The notes under the pieces were generated by a model, which saw only the letters and a program-made list of their open reading frames with translations, had not been told where the DNA came from and ran no database searches. Of a DNA stretch of 64,000 nt, positions 19,820 to 30,143 are shown piece after piece. The translations under genes were made by a program, and so were the position numbers. Location of the stretch: the sequence record SRR31156797_613; one strand, written 5' to 3'. Each line of letters opens with the position of its first letter. The first letter of the stretch is position 1.

Positions 19820-21562
19820 TTACTCCCTCTCAAAGTTTTTCGGTATATAAAATCCAATTGTAGTTCCCATATTCAGTTTGGATTGGATGTCCAAACTACA
19901 GTTATCTCCATAAAATAGTTTCAAACGCTGTTGAATATTATAAAGACCAAAGCTGGATTTATCATTGTTTGTATTTCCATTTATAGCTTTCTTAATTTCA
20001 ATCAATCTGCTCTCAGATATGCCGATTCCATTATCTCTAATCTCTAAATAAACATAATCATCTATATCTTTGCAGTTTATTTCAATGATTCCATTTTCAG
20101 TAGTTTCTTCATGACCGTGTATTAGTGCATTTTCAACTATTGGCTGAATCAGCAGCGGCAGCACCATGATTTGTCTTAGCTTAATAGTATTGTCTATATT
20201 TATATTGAAATCAATACGTTCAGAAAACCTTAGCTTCTGTATTTGTAAATATACCTCTATATATTCGAGTTCTGATTCAAGAGTAGTTAGTTCTCCGGTT
20301 GACTCCAGATTATACCTCATATATTTACCCAAAAGCTTTACAGCCTGAGCAACTTCCAGATTATCGGAGTTAAATGCTTTCATTCTGATAGTTTCTAATG
20401 TGTTATACAAGAAGTGAGGATTAATCTTACTGGATAATAGCTCGAGCTCAATCTCCTTTTGATGACGAATTAATTTCTGTTCAGTCATTTTACTGTCAAA
20501 TATCGTCTTGTCTCTATCCTTTATAGAGTGAATCATAACCTGTAGGTCTCTGAAAAGATCCACTAATTCATCATTACCTTTAAATTTTTCTATTATATTA
20601 TAGTCGCCTCCTGTAACCCTATGCATTTGTGTTCTCAGGGTATCAACACGATTAGTAAGCTGCCTTGTATATCTTATTATTATGAAACTAGGTACAATAA
20701 CACTTATACTTATTATCAGTAATGCTACCAACTGAAGTCGTCTTATTTCTTCCAATGCTAAAGGATCTCTGGAAAAAATATAGATACTGTCAACTGACTT
20801 TAAAGGTTTCAAGGTTGATACTTCCAATAGACTCTGTTCACCCATATATGTATCTGCACCGGAATATTGGAAAAAACCACTACTCTGATAGGACATAAAA
20901 TCAATAACAGTATTTGAATTACCCCAAGTACTAAAGAATATTGGATCGTGATTAACTGTTACATCTACTGTCAGGTCATTATTATCGATTTGATTTTTTA
21001 AGTAGTTATTACTGATAGTTATTACAAGTACAGCATCGTATTTACTATTCTTGATATTTATGGGACTTATAAGCTGAAGTTCAGTATATTCAACACCAAA
21101 CTGATTTTTGGAAACCAAAGTAGACCAGTAATATCCTGGCTTTGAAACAGATTCATAAAACCATTGTTTGTTATCTTCTGTAATCACTTCAAAATGACCA
21201 TACGAATGCAATGTTGTATTATTTGTATACAGCGTAATCGTAGATATCTCCGTTTGACGTGCATATATTTGTTCAAGCAGAGTAATATCCCGCATTGCGG
21301 ATTTTGCATCATCCTCTGAATCATACTCTCTCTCTATAAAGGTATGAATTTCAGTATCTCCAGCTATTGTATCACAAAAATTCGTTATAGATGTAGTAGC
21401 TTCAAATACAATAGAACGAACTCTTAAATTATCGGATATAAGCATATCTTGGTGATGCTCATACAACATGGAGTAATTATTCCATAGCAAAAATGCACCT
21501 ACAATACAAATAGGTAAGAATAGCGATAGAACATAAATAAAATATAACTGACGCTTAAGCAT
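19820..21562 (-). CDS. YesM-type sensor histidine kinase
   Basis: Two TMs with extracellular domain, HAMP, INPHFLYNTLE, QPIVENALIHG, DNGIG, GLYNI. Confidence 0.93.
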   Translation of the reverse strand: MLKRQLYFIYVLSLFLPICIVGAFLLWNNYSMLYEHHQDMLISDNLRVRSIVFEATTSITNFCDTIAGDTEIHTFIEREYDSEDDAKSAMRDITLLEQIYARQTEISTITLYTNNTTLHSYGHFEVITEDNKQWFYESVSKPGYYWSTLVSKNQFGVEYTELQLISPINIKNSKYDAVLVITISNNYLKNQIDNNDLTVDVTVNHDPIFFSTWGNSNTVIDFMSYQSSGFFQYSGADTYMGEQSLLEVSTLKPLKSVDSIYIFSRDPLALEEIRRLQLVALLIISISVIVPSFIIIRYTRQLTNRVDTLRTQMHRVTGGDYNIIEKFKGNDELVDLFRDLQVMIHSIKDRDKTIFDSKMTEQKLIRHQKEIELELLSSKINPHFLYNTLETIRMKAFNSDNLEVAQAVKLLGKYMRYNLESTGELTTLESELEYIEVYLQIQKLRFSERIDFNINIDNTIKLRQIMVLPLLIQPIVENALIHGHEETTENGIIEINCKDIDDYVYLEIRDNGIGISESRLIEIKKAINGNTNNDKSSFGLYNIQQRLKLFYGDNCSLDIQSKLNMGTTIGFYIPKNFERE

Positions 21563-21703
21563 ATTCTTCTCCTTCTATTTCTATTCTACATCATTTTTTA
21601 TGATTTCTTCCAATTAATTAAAATTTATTTATAATATACTATATTAGTTGAATTATAATCTGTCAAATGTTTAGATAATCGTTTATAATAAAAAATAGTA
21701 AAT

Positions 21704-21733
21704 AAAATCTCGAATACTCTTATTCTAGATTTT
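21704..21733. promoter_or_regulatory. Inverted repeat related to the PUL box, in the HK/GH31 divergent region
   Basis: AAAATCTCGAATA-CTCT-TATTCTAGATTTT. Confidence 0.5.
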
Positions 21734-21825
21734 TTATAGTATAACAATGAAATTTTTACTGTTTTTAAAGGTAGTGGCATTCAGTAAAATGAGACAAGAA
21801 GATAAAAGTTATTGGAGGGAAGTAT

Positions 21826-24135
21826 ATGAAATTTACTAATGGAGCATGGCTCATGAAAAAAGGCGTGAAAGGATACTATGCATCCGAATTGCGCAGCTCA
21901 CAGATAAGCGATAAGCAAGTCATTGTTTATGCACCATTTCAAGCTATAAGGCACAGAGGGTATACCCTTACAGGACCCTTGTTCACAATTTCTTTTACAT
22001 CTCCAGCAAAAGATGTAATAAAGGTCAAGCTAGTTCACTTTAAGCAAAAGCAACAAAAACCTCAAAATCAATTATTCGAATCTAATTTACCTCTAGAAGT
22101 TTCAGAAAATGATGAGCATTTAGATATCCATGCAAATAAAACTATGGTTCGTATCCATAAAAAAGAATGGAAAATAGAATACTACTATCAGGGTAAGCTA
22201 CTAACATACACAGGTTTCAGGGGACTTGGTATGATGGAAGTAGATGAAACTCAAAAGTATATTTGTGAAAATCTCAATATGTCTGTTGGTGAAAAGATAT
22301 ATGGATTAGGAGAGCGTTTCACTAATTATATTAAAAACGGACAAACAGTTGATATCTGGAACGAGGATGGCGGTACAGGAACTGAGCAGTCATATAAAAA
22401 TATCCCATTTTATCTGTCCTCAAACGGGTATGGATTATTAGTTAATGACACTAGAAAAATCAGCTTTGAAATAGGCTCAGAAAAGGTATCAAAGATTCAG
22501 TTTTCCGTTCCAGGTAATGAATTAGAATATATTATATTCCCGGGAGATACTCCAAAGCAAATAATATCAAAATATACGGCACTTACAGGAATGCCTCCAA
22601 TGCTGCCAGCTTGGAGCTTTGGGCTGTGGCTGACTACCTCCTTTACCACTGATTATGATGAAGAAACCGTTACATCTTTTATCGACGGTATGGCTGAGAG
22701 GGATTTACCACTGCATACATTCCACTTTGACTGCTTCTGGATGAAAGAATATGAGTGGTGTAACTTCACATGGGATGAAGATGTATTCCCTGACCCTGTA
22801 GGTATGATAAAACGGCTAAAGGATAAGGGGCTGCATATCTGTGTTTGGATTAACCCATACATTGGTCAAAAGTCTCCTTTATATGATGAAGGGCTGGAAA
22901 ACGATTATTTTATTCATAATACAGACGGTACTACATGGCAATGGGATTTATGGCAGCCAGGTATGGCAATAGTAGATTTTACAAATCCTGATGCCTGTAA
23001 ATGGTATGAAAGCAAACTGAAGGCATTAATGGATATGGGCGTAGACTGCTTCAAGACAGATTTCGGTGAAAGAATACCAACAGAAAATGTGAAGTACTTT
23101 GATGGTTCAGATCCCAACAAAATGCATAACTACTACTCTTATCTATATAATAAGATAGTATATAATCTGTTAGAGAGAAATCTAGGCAAAGGAAATGCTG
23201 TTCTGTTTGCTCGTTCAGGTTATGTAGGTTCTCAGCAGTTCCCAGTACACTGGGGCGGTGACTGTACATCAGTATTTGAATCTATGGCTGAAAGCTTACG
23301 AGGAGGACTAAGCCTGTGTATGTCCGGTTTCGGATTCTGGAGCCATGACATAGGTGGATTCGAAAGCACATCTACTGCTGATGTATACAAGAGATGGATT
23401 GCTTTTGGTTTGATGTCATCACACTCCAGACTTCACGGCTCAAGCTCTTACAGAGTTCCTTGGCTGTATGATGAGGAAAGCGTTGATGTGCTTCGTCATT
23501 TTACAAAGCTGAAATGCTCATTGATGCCATATTTATATAGTCAATCTATAAAGACTTCTATGACAGGTATTCCAATGATGAGAGCTATGTTCCTAGAGCA
23601 TCCAAAAGATTTAGTTTGTCAAACTCTGGATATGCAATATTACCTTGGGGATTCATTGATAGTTGCTCCTATCCTGAACAAAGAAGGAAGCTGTGAGTAT
23701 TATCTGCCAAAAGGAGAATTTACTCACCAGATGACTAATGAAGAAAAATCCGGTGAAAAATATTACAGAGAGTGCTTTGATTACTTTAGTATGCCTCTAT
23801 ATGTTAAGCCAAACACAATATTACCTATAGGTGCAGTAGATACGCGCCCAGATTACGATTACTTGGAAAATATAACATACCATATTTTCAAGCTGGATAA
23901 TGCTACAACTATAGAATTACCATTATATAATATTGAGAACAATGAAGAAGAAACTATTCAATTGGTTAAAGAAGATAACGAAATCATTATAAATCGAAAA
24001 TCTTCTAAGAAAGCAACTGTTGTATTAAGAAATATTGATGAAATAAAGAGTGCCAATGTTTCGTACACTGTTACAAGCTTAGGTATTGAATTATCTTTTG
24101 ATACACAAGTAAAAGAAATGATAATACAATTGTAG
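21826..24135 (+). CDS. yicI: GH31 alpha-xylosidase
   Basis: MKFTNG.W N-terminus, FHFDCFWMK, CFKTDFGERIP nucleophile, HWGGD, HSRLHGS. Confidence 0.92.
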   Translation: MKFTNGAWLMKKGVKGYYASELRSSQISDKQVIVYAPFQAIRHRGYTLTGPLFTISFTSPAKDVIKVKLVHFKQKQQKPQNQLFESNLPLEVSENDEHLDIHANKTMVRIHKKEWKIEYYYQGKLLTYTGFRGLGMMEVDETQKYICENLNMSVGEKIYGLGERFTNYIKNGQTVDIWNEDGGTGTEQSYKNIPFYLSSNGYGLLVNDTRKISFEIGSEKVSKIQFSVPGNELEYIIFPGDTPKQIISKYTALTGMPPMLPAWSFGLWLTTSFTTDYDEETVTSFIDGMAERDLPLHTFHFDCFWMKEYEWCNFTWDEDVFPDPVGMIKRLKDKGLHICVWINPYIGQKSPLYDEGLENDYFIHNTDGTTWQWDLWQPGMAIVDFTNPDACKWYESKLKALMDMGVDCFKTDFGERIPTENVKYFDGSDPNKMHNYYSYLYNKIVYNLLERNLGKGNAVLFARSGYVGSQQFPVHWGGDCTSVFESMAESLRGGLSLCMSGFGFWSHDIGGFESTSTADVYKRWIAFGLMSSHSRLHGSSSYRVPWLYDEESVDVLRHFTKLKCSLMPYLYSQSIKTSMTGIPMMRAMFLEHPKDLVCQTLDMQYYLGDSLIVAPILNKEGSCEYYLPKGEFTHQMTNEEKSGEKYYRECFDYFSMPLYVKPNTILPIGAVDTRPDYDYLENITYHIFKLDNATTIELPLYNIENNEEETIQLVKEDNEIIINRKSSKKATVVLRNIDEIKSANVSYTVTSLGIELSFDTQVKEMIIQL

Positions 24136-24144
24136 GAGAAATAA

Positions 24145-26196
24145 ATGCTTACAGATATGCAAATAAAAGACCTTTTAGCTAATATAAACCTAGAAGAAAA
24201 GATTGGTATGCTTCATGGAGACGGCATTTTCCAAACAAAGGGGATTAAGAGACTTAATATACCGCCTTTGGTAATGTCCGATGGTCCTATGGGAGTTCGC
24301 CGTGAATTTCATAAGAAGTCTTGGCAGCTAAAGAACACATCAGATGATTCTGTATCATATTTTCTTTCTAACACTGCACTAGCTGCAACTTGGAATGAGG
24401 AGCACGCATATGCTTTTGGTAATGCATTAGGTGCAGAAGCACGAAGCAGAGGTAAAGATGTTATTCTGGCACCAGGCATAAATATTATCAGGAGCCCTCT
24501 GTGCGGTCGTAATTTTGAATACATGAGCGAAGACCCATATTTGATAAAGAAAATGGCAGTTCCTATTATAAAGGGTATTCAGGAAAACGATGTTGCTGCG
24601 TGTGTTAAGCATTTTACAGCAAACAATCAGGAAACTGACAGACTCTTTGTAAATGTTATTGCTGATGAACGCTGCCTAGAGGAAATCTACTTCCCTGGTT
24701 TTGAAGCAGCTATTAATGAAGGACAAAGCTATACAATTATGGCTGCGTATAATAAGCTCAATGGCGATTATTGCTGCGAAAGTGATGAATTGCTGAATCA
24801 AATTCTGCGTGACAGATGGAATTATGATGGTATAGTAATATCCGACTGGGGTGCATGTCATTCCACCGAAAAAGCTGCTCTAGCTGGTATGGACATTGAA
24901 ATGGCTGTAACTTTGGATTTCGACCAATATTTTTTTGCTGACAATCTATACAAGATGGTAGACGAAGGTAAAATTGATATCAAAATCATTGACAACAAAG
25001 TACTTCGTATACTAAAAACAATGAATAAACTCAATATGCTGGACGGCACACGTCAAAAAGGCAGCAGAAACACTCCAGAGCATCAGCTGGGTATACTAAA
25101 GGCTGCTGAAGAGAGTATTGTACTTCTTAAAAATGAAGATAACATTCTTCCACTAGATAATACCATAAAGTCAATTGCCATAATTGGTGAAAATGCTGTC
25201 CGCACACATTCTAACGGTGGCGGCAGTGCAGAGATAAAAGCTCTGTACGAGCATACTCCCCTATCCGGCATCAGTATGTACTTAGGCGGTAATGCAAAGC
25301 TGACATACGCTAGCGGCTACACTAGTGACAAGGATGCTGACGACCTAAAGCGTTTCACTCTGCGGGATGAAGCATCAAGAATTGCTTCGGCTCACGATAT
25401 TGTAATCTTCGTCGGTGGATTAAATCACGATTTTGATACAGAGGAGAAAGACCGTACTGATTATAAACTACCATATGAACAAGATGAGCTGATAAAATCT
25501 CTTGCACAAGTTAATCATAACCTTGTCTGTGTCAATTTAAGCGGTTCAGCTGTTGACCTTAGTACAATGTCTGAGTATAGCAAAGGAGTAATTCAGACTT
25601 GGTACAATGGTATGGAGGGCGGACGAGCTCTGGCAAACATACTATTTGGAGAAGTGAACCCATCAGGAAAACTGCCATTTACCTTTGCTAAGGAACTAGA
25701 ACACTATGCGGCTCACTCAATTGGTGAATTTCATGGCGGCAGTGATGTGGTGTATAAGGATTCAATATACGTGGGATATCGCCACTTTGACAGTCGTAAT
25801 ATTGAAACGTTATATCCATTTGGATACGGTCTGAGCTATACTGATTTTGAGTATAGCAATCTACAGGTTACTATTGGTGAAAAAGAAGTTTTAGTAGATT
25901 TTGATATCACAAATACAGGAGACTATAACGGTAAGGAAACTGCACAATTATATGTACGAGATATTGTATCATCAGTTGACAGACCTAATAAAGAACTAAA
26001 AGCATTTAAGAAAGTAAACCTGAAAAAGGAAGAGAGCACAAATATCACATTCACATTATCCTGTGACAGCTTCTCCTTCTATAGTGAAGATAAGAAAACA
26101 TGGGTAATGGAAGCAGGAGAGTTTGAAATAATGATTGCTGCTTCCAGTGAAGATATAAAATTGAGAGAGACAATAAATATAAACAGTCTAGTATAG
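24145..26196 (+). CDS. GH3 beta-glucosidase, cytoplasmic
   Basis: SDGPMGVR, GRNFEY, CVKH, ISDW nucleophile, PSGKLP, FGYGLSY, FnIII tail; no signal peptide. Confidence 0.92.
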   Translation: MLTDMQIKDLLANINLEEKIGMLHGDGIFQTKGIKRLNIPPLVMSDGPMGVRREFHKKSWQLKNTSDDSVSYFLSNTALAATWNEEHAYAFGNALGAEARSRGKDVILAPGINIIRSPLCGRNFEYMSEDPYLIKKMAVPIIKGIQENDVAACVKHFTANNQETDRLFVNVIADERCLEEIYFPGFEAAINEGQSYTIMAAYNKLNGDYCCESDELLNQILRDRWNYDGIVISDWGACHSTEKAALAGMDIEMAVTLDFDQYFFADNLYKMVDEGKIDIKIIDNKVLRILKTMNKLNMLDGTRQKGSRNTPEHQLGILKAAEESIVLLKNEDNILPLDNTIKSIAIIGENAVRTHSNGGGSAEIKALYEHTPLSGISMYLGGNAKLTYASGYTSDKDADDLKRFTLRDEASRIASAHDIVIFVGGLNHDFDTEEKDRTDYKLPYEQDELIKSLAQVNHNLVCVNLSGSAVDLSTMSEYSKGVIQTWYNGMEGGRALANILFGEVNPSGKLPFTFAKELEHYAAHSIGEFHGGSDVVYKDSIYVGYRHFDSRNIETLYPFGYGLSYTDFEYSNLQVTIGEKEVLVDFDITNTGDYNGKETAQLYVRDIVSSVDRPNKELKAFKKVNLKKEESTNITFTLSCDSFSFYSEDKKTWVMEAGEFEIMIAASSEDIKLRETININSLV

Positions 26197-26217
26197 ATAT
26201 GAAAGGTAGCAAAGTAT

Positions 26218-28269
26218 ATGAATTTCGGTTCTATTAATCCTAAGTTAAAATCAATGATTCATGGCGGAGATTACAATCCTGAGCAGTGGATAGACTATGA
26301 AGGAATTTGGGATGAAGATTTCAAGCTAATGAACATAGCTAATTGCAATGTAATGACTATTGGTGTGTTTTCATGGTCCATGTTAGAGCCTGAAGAAGGA
26401 AAGTTTGACTTCAGCTGGATGGACGAGATAATGGACAAATTGGCAGCAGAGAATAAATTCGCTGTCCTTGCTACCCCCAGCGGAGCAAGGCCTGTATGGC
26501 TGGCTCAAAAATACCCTGAGGTAATAAGAACAAATGAAGATAGAAGCAAAAGACTATACGGCGGCAGACATAATCACTGCTTCACTTCACCTTTGTATAG
26601 AGAAAAAACCAGATTGATAAACAAGAAACTGGCACTAAGGTACAAAGATCACCCTGCACTTTTGGTATGGCATATTTCTAATGAATTCAGCGGTGAGTGC
26701 CATTGCGATTTATGTCAGAATGCTTTTCGTGATTGGTTGAAAGTAAAATATGATAATGATCTCAATAAGCTAAACCATGTATGGTGGAGCAGTTTTTGGA
26801 GTCACAAATATACCGACTGGTCACAGATAGAGTCTCCATCTTCAAATGGTGAAAATGAATCTCATGGACTGACATTGGATTGGAAGCGATTTGTAACATA
26901 TCAGACAAAGAGTTTTATGGACAATGAAATAGAGCCTTTAAAGCAAATTACCCCGGAAATACCTATCACCACTAACTTTATGCGTATGTTTATGGCACTT
27001 GACTACTGGAAGCTGGCGAAATCTCTTGATGTAATATCATGGGACAGCTATCCTAATTGGCATAAATACGATAATGAAGCTTATGAAGCAATGCAGATTG
27101 CCTTTATGCACGATATTACACGGAGCCTAAAAGGTGGAAAGCCATTTATGCTGATGGAGAGCACACCCAGCACTACAAACTGGCAAGGTGTTTCTAAGCT
27201 GAAACGGCCAAAAATGCATATGCTATCGTCAATGCAGGCTGTTGCACATGGTTCAGATACTGTACAGTACTTCCAGTGGAGAAAGAGCAGAGGCTCATTT
27301 GAGAAATTCCACGGAGCTGTAGTTGATCACTGTGGTCATGAAAATACTAGGGTTTTCAGAGACGTATCTCAATTAGGAAATGCATTAACCAAGCTGGATG
27401 AGGTTGTAGGTACTAGTGTAAAACCAGAAGTAGCTATTATATACGATTGGGAGAATTACTGGGCTATTGAAGAAATGAAGGGTATTAACAATAGTGCGAA
27501 AAAATATATTGAAACTGCTCTTAGTCATTACAAACCATTCTGGGAAAGCGGTGTACCTGTAGATATCATAGACATGGAACAGCCTCTTGACCAATACAAG
27601 GTAGTTATAGCACCTATGCTTTATATGCTAAAACCTGGTACAGCACAAAGAATAAAGTCTTTCGTAAAATCAGGCGGTACTCTTGTAACAACATATGTAT
27701 CTGGAATTACTAATGAGAATGATTTATGCTTCCTTGGAGGCTTTCCTGGACCATTACAAGAAGTATTGGGCATTTGGGTAGAGGAAACTGATGGGTTGTA
27801 TCCTAATGATATTAATCATGTGAATATTGCCATAGACGGTAATAATAAAATGTATGATGCAAAGGAGATATGCGATATAATGCATCTGGAAAGTGCGGAA
27901 GCACTTGGACATTATACAGATGATTTCTACGCTGATTTCCCTGCCGTAAGTGTAAATAAATATGGCGATGGTAAAGCATATTACATAGCGTTCAGAAATA
28001 ATGGTGATTTTGAAATAGACTTCTATAATCAATTAATCAGTAAAGAAAATTTAAAAAGAATCTTAGATACCGAAATACCAAAGGGAGTCTCCGTACAAAC
28101 AAGATATGATGATGATAATAGATTTGTTTTCGTTATGAACTTTAATGATGAAAAAAAGGAAATCAACTTAGGAGATTCGAAATATCTAGATATAATAAAT
28201 GATGAGAATATTGAAAATAAATTAGTATTGCAGGGCTATGATGTAAAAGTGCTAAAGCTGGTTAACTAA
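26218..28269 (+). CDS. GH42 beta-galactosidase
   Basis: GGDYNPEQW, WHISNE, CHC..C, LMES, FQWRKSR..EKFHG. Confidence 0.94.
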   Translation: MNFGSINPKLKSMIHGGDYNPEQWIDYEGIWDEDFKLMNIANCNVMTIGVFSWSMLEPEEGKFDFSWMDEIMDKLAAENKFAVLATPSGARPVWLAQKYPEVIRTNEDRSKRLYGGRHNHCFTSPLYREKTRLINKKLALRYKDHPALLVWHISNEFSGECHCDLCQNAFRDWLKVKYDNDLNKLNHVWWSSFWSHKYTDWSQIESPSSNGENESHGLTLDWKRFVTYQTKSFMDNEIEPLKQITPEIPITTNFMRMFMALDYWKLAKSLDVISWDSYPNWHKYDNEAYEAMQIAFMHDITRSLKGGKPFMLMESTPSTTNWQGVSKLKRPKMHMLSSMQAVAHGSDTVQYFQWRKSRGSFEKFHGAVVDHCGHENTRVFRDVSQLGNALTKLDEVVGTSVKPEVAIIYDWENYWAIEEMKGINNSAKKYIETALSHYKPFWESGVPVDIIDMEQPLDQYKVVIAPMLYMLKPGTAQRIKSFVKSGGTLVTTYVSGITNENDLCFLGGFPGPLQEVLGIWVEETDGLYPNDINHVNIAIDGNNKMYDAKEICDIMHLESAEALGHYTDDFYADFPAVSVNKYGDGKAYYIAFRNNGDFEIDFYNQLISKENLKRILDTEIPKGVSVQTRYDDDNRFVFVMNFNDEKKEINLGDSKYLDIINDENIENKLVLQGYDVKVLKLVN

Positions 28270-28322
28270 TTATTCTCTCTTTAATTTCTACAGTTTAATG
28301 TATAATGCGTAAGCTATTATCA

Positions 28323-28337
28323 TTACAGTAATGTAAG
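28323..28337 (+). promoter_or_regulatory. BceR-type binding site upstream of the response regulator
   Basis: TTACA-GTAA-TGTAAG palindrome. Confidence 0.6.
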
Positions 28338-28372
28338 ATACAAAGCAAATGATAATATGATATAATCTTAGT

Positions 28373-29068
28373 ATGAGTAATAATTCCAATAGAATATTAA
28401 TAATTGAAGATGACGAAACTATCTCTGATATTATCACTCAGAACTTAAATAAATGGGGCTTCATAGTTAATGTAGTCGTGGATTTTTCTGATGTTCTAAA
28501 TACATTTACAATATTTAATCCTCATCTGGTACTGATGGATATCAACCTGCCTTACTATGATGGTTTCTATTGGTGTGAACAGATTAGAAAAATATCTGAT
28601 GTACCTATACTATTCGTATCTTCTCGCACCGATGAAAATGACAAAATTAGAGGTATGATAGGCGGTGGTGACGATTATATTGAGAAGCCGTTTTCTATGG
28701 ATATACTTATTGCAAAAATCCAAGCAATACTTCGACGCACATATTCATACAAAAATGCAGACTATTCAATTATCACATTTAAAAACCTTATTCTAGATAT
28801 TGAAAAATCAGTAATAATGATAAATGACAGCAAAGTAGAGCTAACTCATAATGAATGCCAGATAATGAGCTTATTAATTAGAGCATCTGGTAATATAGTC
28901 ACACGTTCTAAAATCATTAAAACTTTGTGGGACAGCGAAAACTTTGTTGACGAAAATACTCTAACTGTAAATATAAACAGACTTCGTAAAAAGCTGCAAT
29001 TAATAGAAGATAGGAGCATTATTTTCACTGTCAAAGGAAAAGGATACAAGCTAAATGAAGATTTATAA
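28373..29068 (+). CDS. BceR/GraR-like OmpR-family response regulator
   Basis: DINLPYYDGFYWC, FVDENTLTVNINRLRKKL. Confidence 0.92.
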   Translation: MSNNSNRILIIEDDETISDIITQNLNKWGFIVNVVVDFSDVLNTFTIFNPHLVLMDINLPYYDGFYWCEQIRKISDVPILFVSSRTDENDKIRGMIGGGDDYIEKPFSMDILIAKIQAILRRTYSYKNADYSIITFKNLILDIEKSVIMINDSKVELTHNECQIMSLLIRASGNIVTRSKIIKTLWDSENFVDENTLTVNINRLRKKLQLIEDRSIIFTVKGKGYKLNEDL

Positions 29069-30056
29069 TTATATAAAACAAAGGTGGTATTATTTCACAA
29101 TTAATTTAGTACTGATAATATTTTTACTGCTCCTTTGCTGGGCATCTGATACATCAGTAAAAATTGATTTTTCATATATTATATCTGCTTTTGTTATTGC
29201 AAATATTGTATTTATTATAATAGACTATCTCCATATTAATCATCGTATTAATTGCATGAGGTCATATATCCTAAACAACGCTGCAAGTGAATTACAGAAT
29301 GAGAATCCCATAGACACCGAATATGCAAAAATTATTAAAGAATTAATACTATCCCATAATAATTACAAAGAGCATGTGACCCATGAACATAACAAGGAAT
29401 TAGAATTTATCACAAAATGGGTACATGATGTAAAAGTACCTATATCTGCTACCAAACTATTGATAGATAATATGACCAGCGAGGAATCTACACAGATAGA
29501 AATGCAATTATCATATATAGATCAAAACATTCAAAAAATTCTATATCATATTAAATCCAAATCATTTCATGAAGACTTCAGAATCAGACCTGCTAGTATA
29601 AAAAGTATTGTAAATACTGCACTCAAAAGCTATGCAGTGTTTTTTTCATATAAATCAATATCCCTAAATATTGATATTGCTGATGTTATGGTAGAAACTG
29701 ATGAGAAATGGAGTACTTATATTGTATCTCAACTAATCTCAAACGCAATAAAGTACACATATAATAATGGTAGAATAGACATTTATACTATAGAAAAAGA
29801 CAATACAATATCCCTTCATCTGAAAAATACCGGACAGGGAATAAACAAAGCTGACTTAAAGAGTATCTTTAGCAGAGGCTATTCTGGATACAGCATACGA
29901 AAAGAAAAATCCACAGGCTATGGTCTGTATTTATCAAAACATTTAGCTGATATTATGGGGCACAAATTAACTGCAGAATCTATTGAGGGAGAATATGCAG
30001 AATTTATAATTACATTCACCAAGACAGGTTATGATATCCATATAACAAAAGTGTAA
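29055..30056 (+). CDS. BceS/GraS-like intramembrane-sensing histidine kinase
   Basis: Two close TMs, WVHDVKVP, SNAIKY, F.RGYSG, STGYGLYL. Confidence 0.9.
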   Translation: MKIYNYIKQRWYYFTINLVLIIFLLLLCWASDTSVKIDFSYIISAFVIANIVFIIIDYLHINHRINCMRSYILNNAASELQNENPIDTEYAKIIKELILSHNNYKEHVTHEHNKELEFITKWVHDVKVPISATKLLIDNMTSEESTQIEMQLSYIDQNIQKILYHIKSKSFHEDFRIRPASIKSIVNTALKSYAVFFSYKSISLNIDIADVMVETDEKWSTYIVSQLISNAIKYTYNNGRIDIYTIEKDNTISLHLKNTGQGINKADLKSIFSRGYSGYSIRKEKSTGYGLYLSKHLADIMGHKLTAESIEGEYAEFIITFTKTGYDIHITKV

Positions 30057-30077
30057 GATTATAAGACTAAATGTAAG
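30043..30077 (+). promoter_or_regulatory. Tandem BceR-type sites upstream of the ABC operon
   Basis: TAACA-AAAG-TGTAAG and a second TGTAAG 20 bp downstream. Confidence 0.65.
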
Positions 30078-30143
30078 GTAATTCGATTTTTTAAAACACA
30101 CTGCACATATATAATTTACTTATAAAATTATATGAGGTGAAAA

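Noticed and set aside
3303-21687. cre-like AAnCGTTT cores upstream of the ABC operon (~3307) and GH31 (~21676)
   Set aside because: Lack the flanking TG...CA of a cre site; too weak to call
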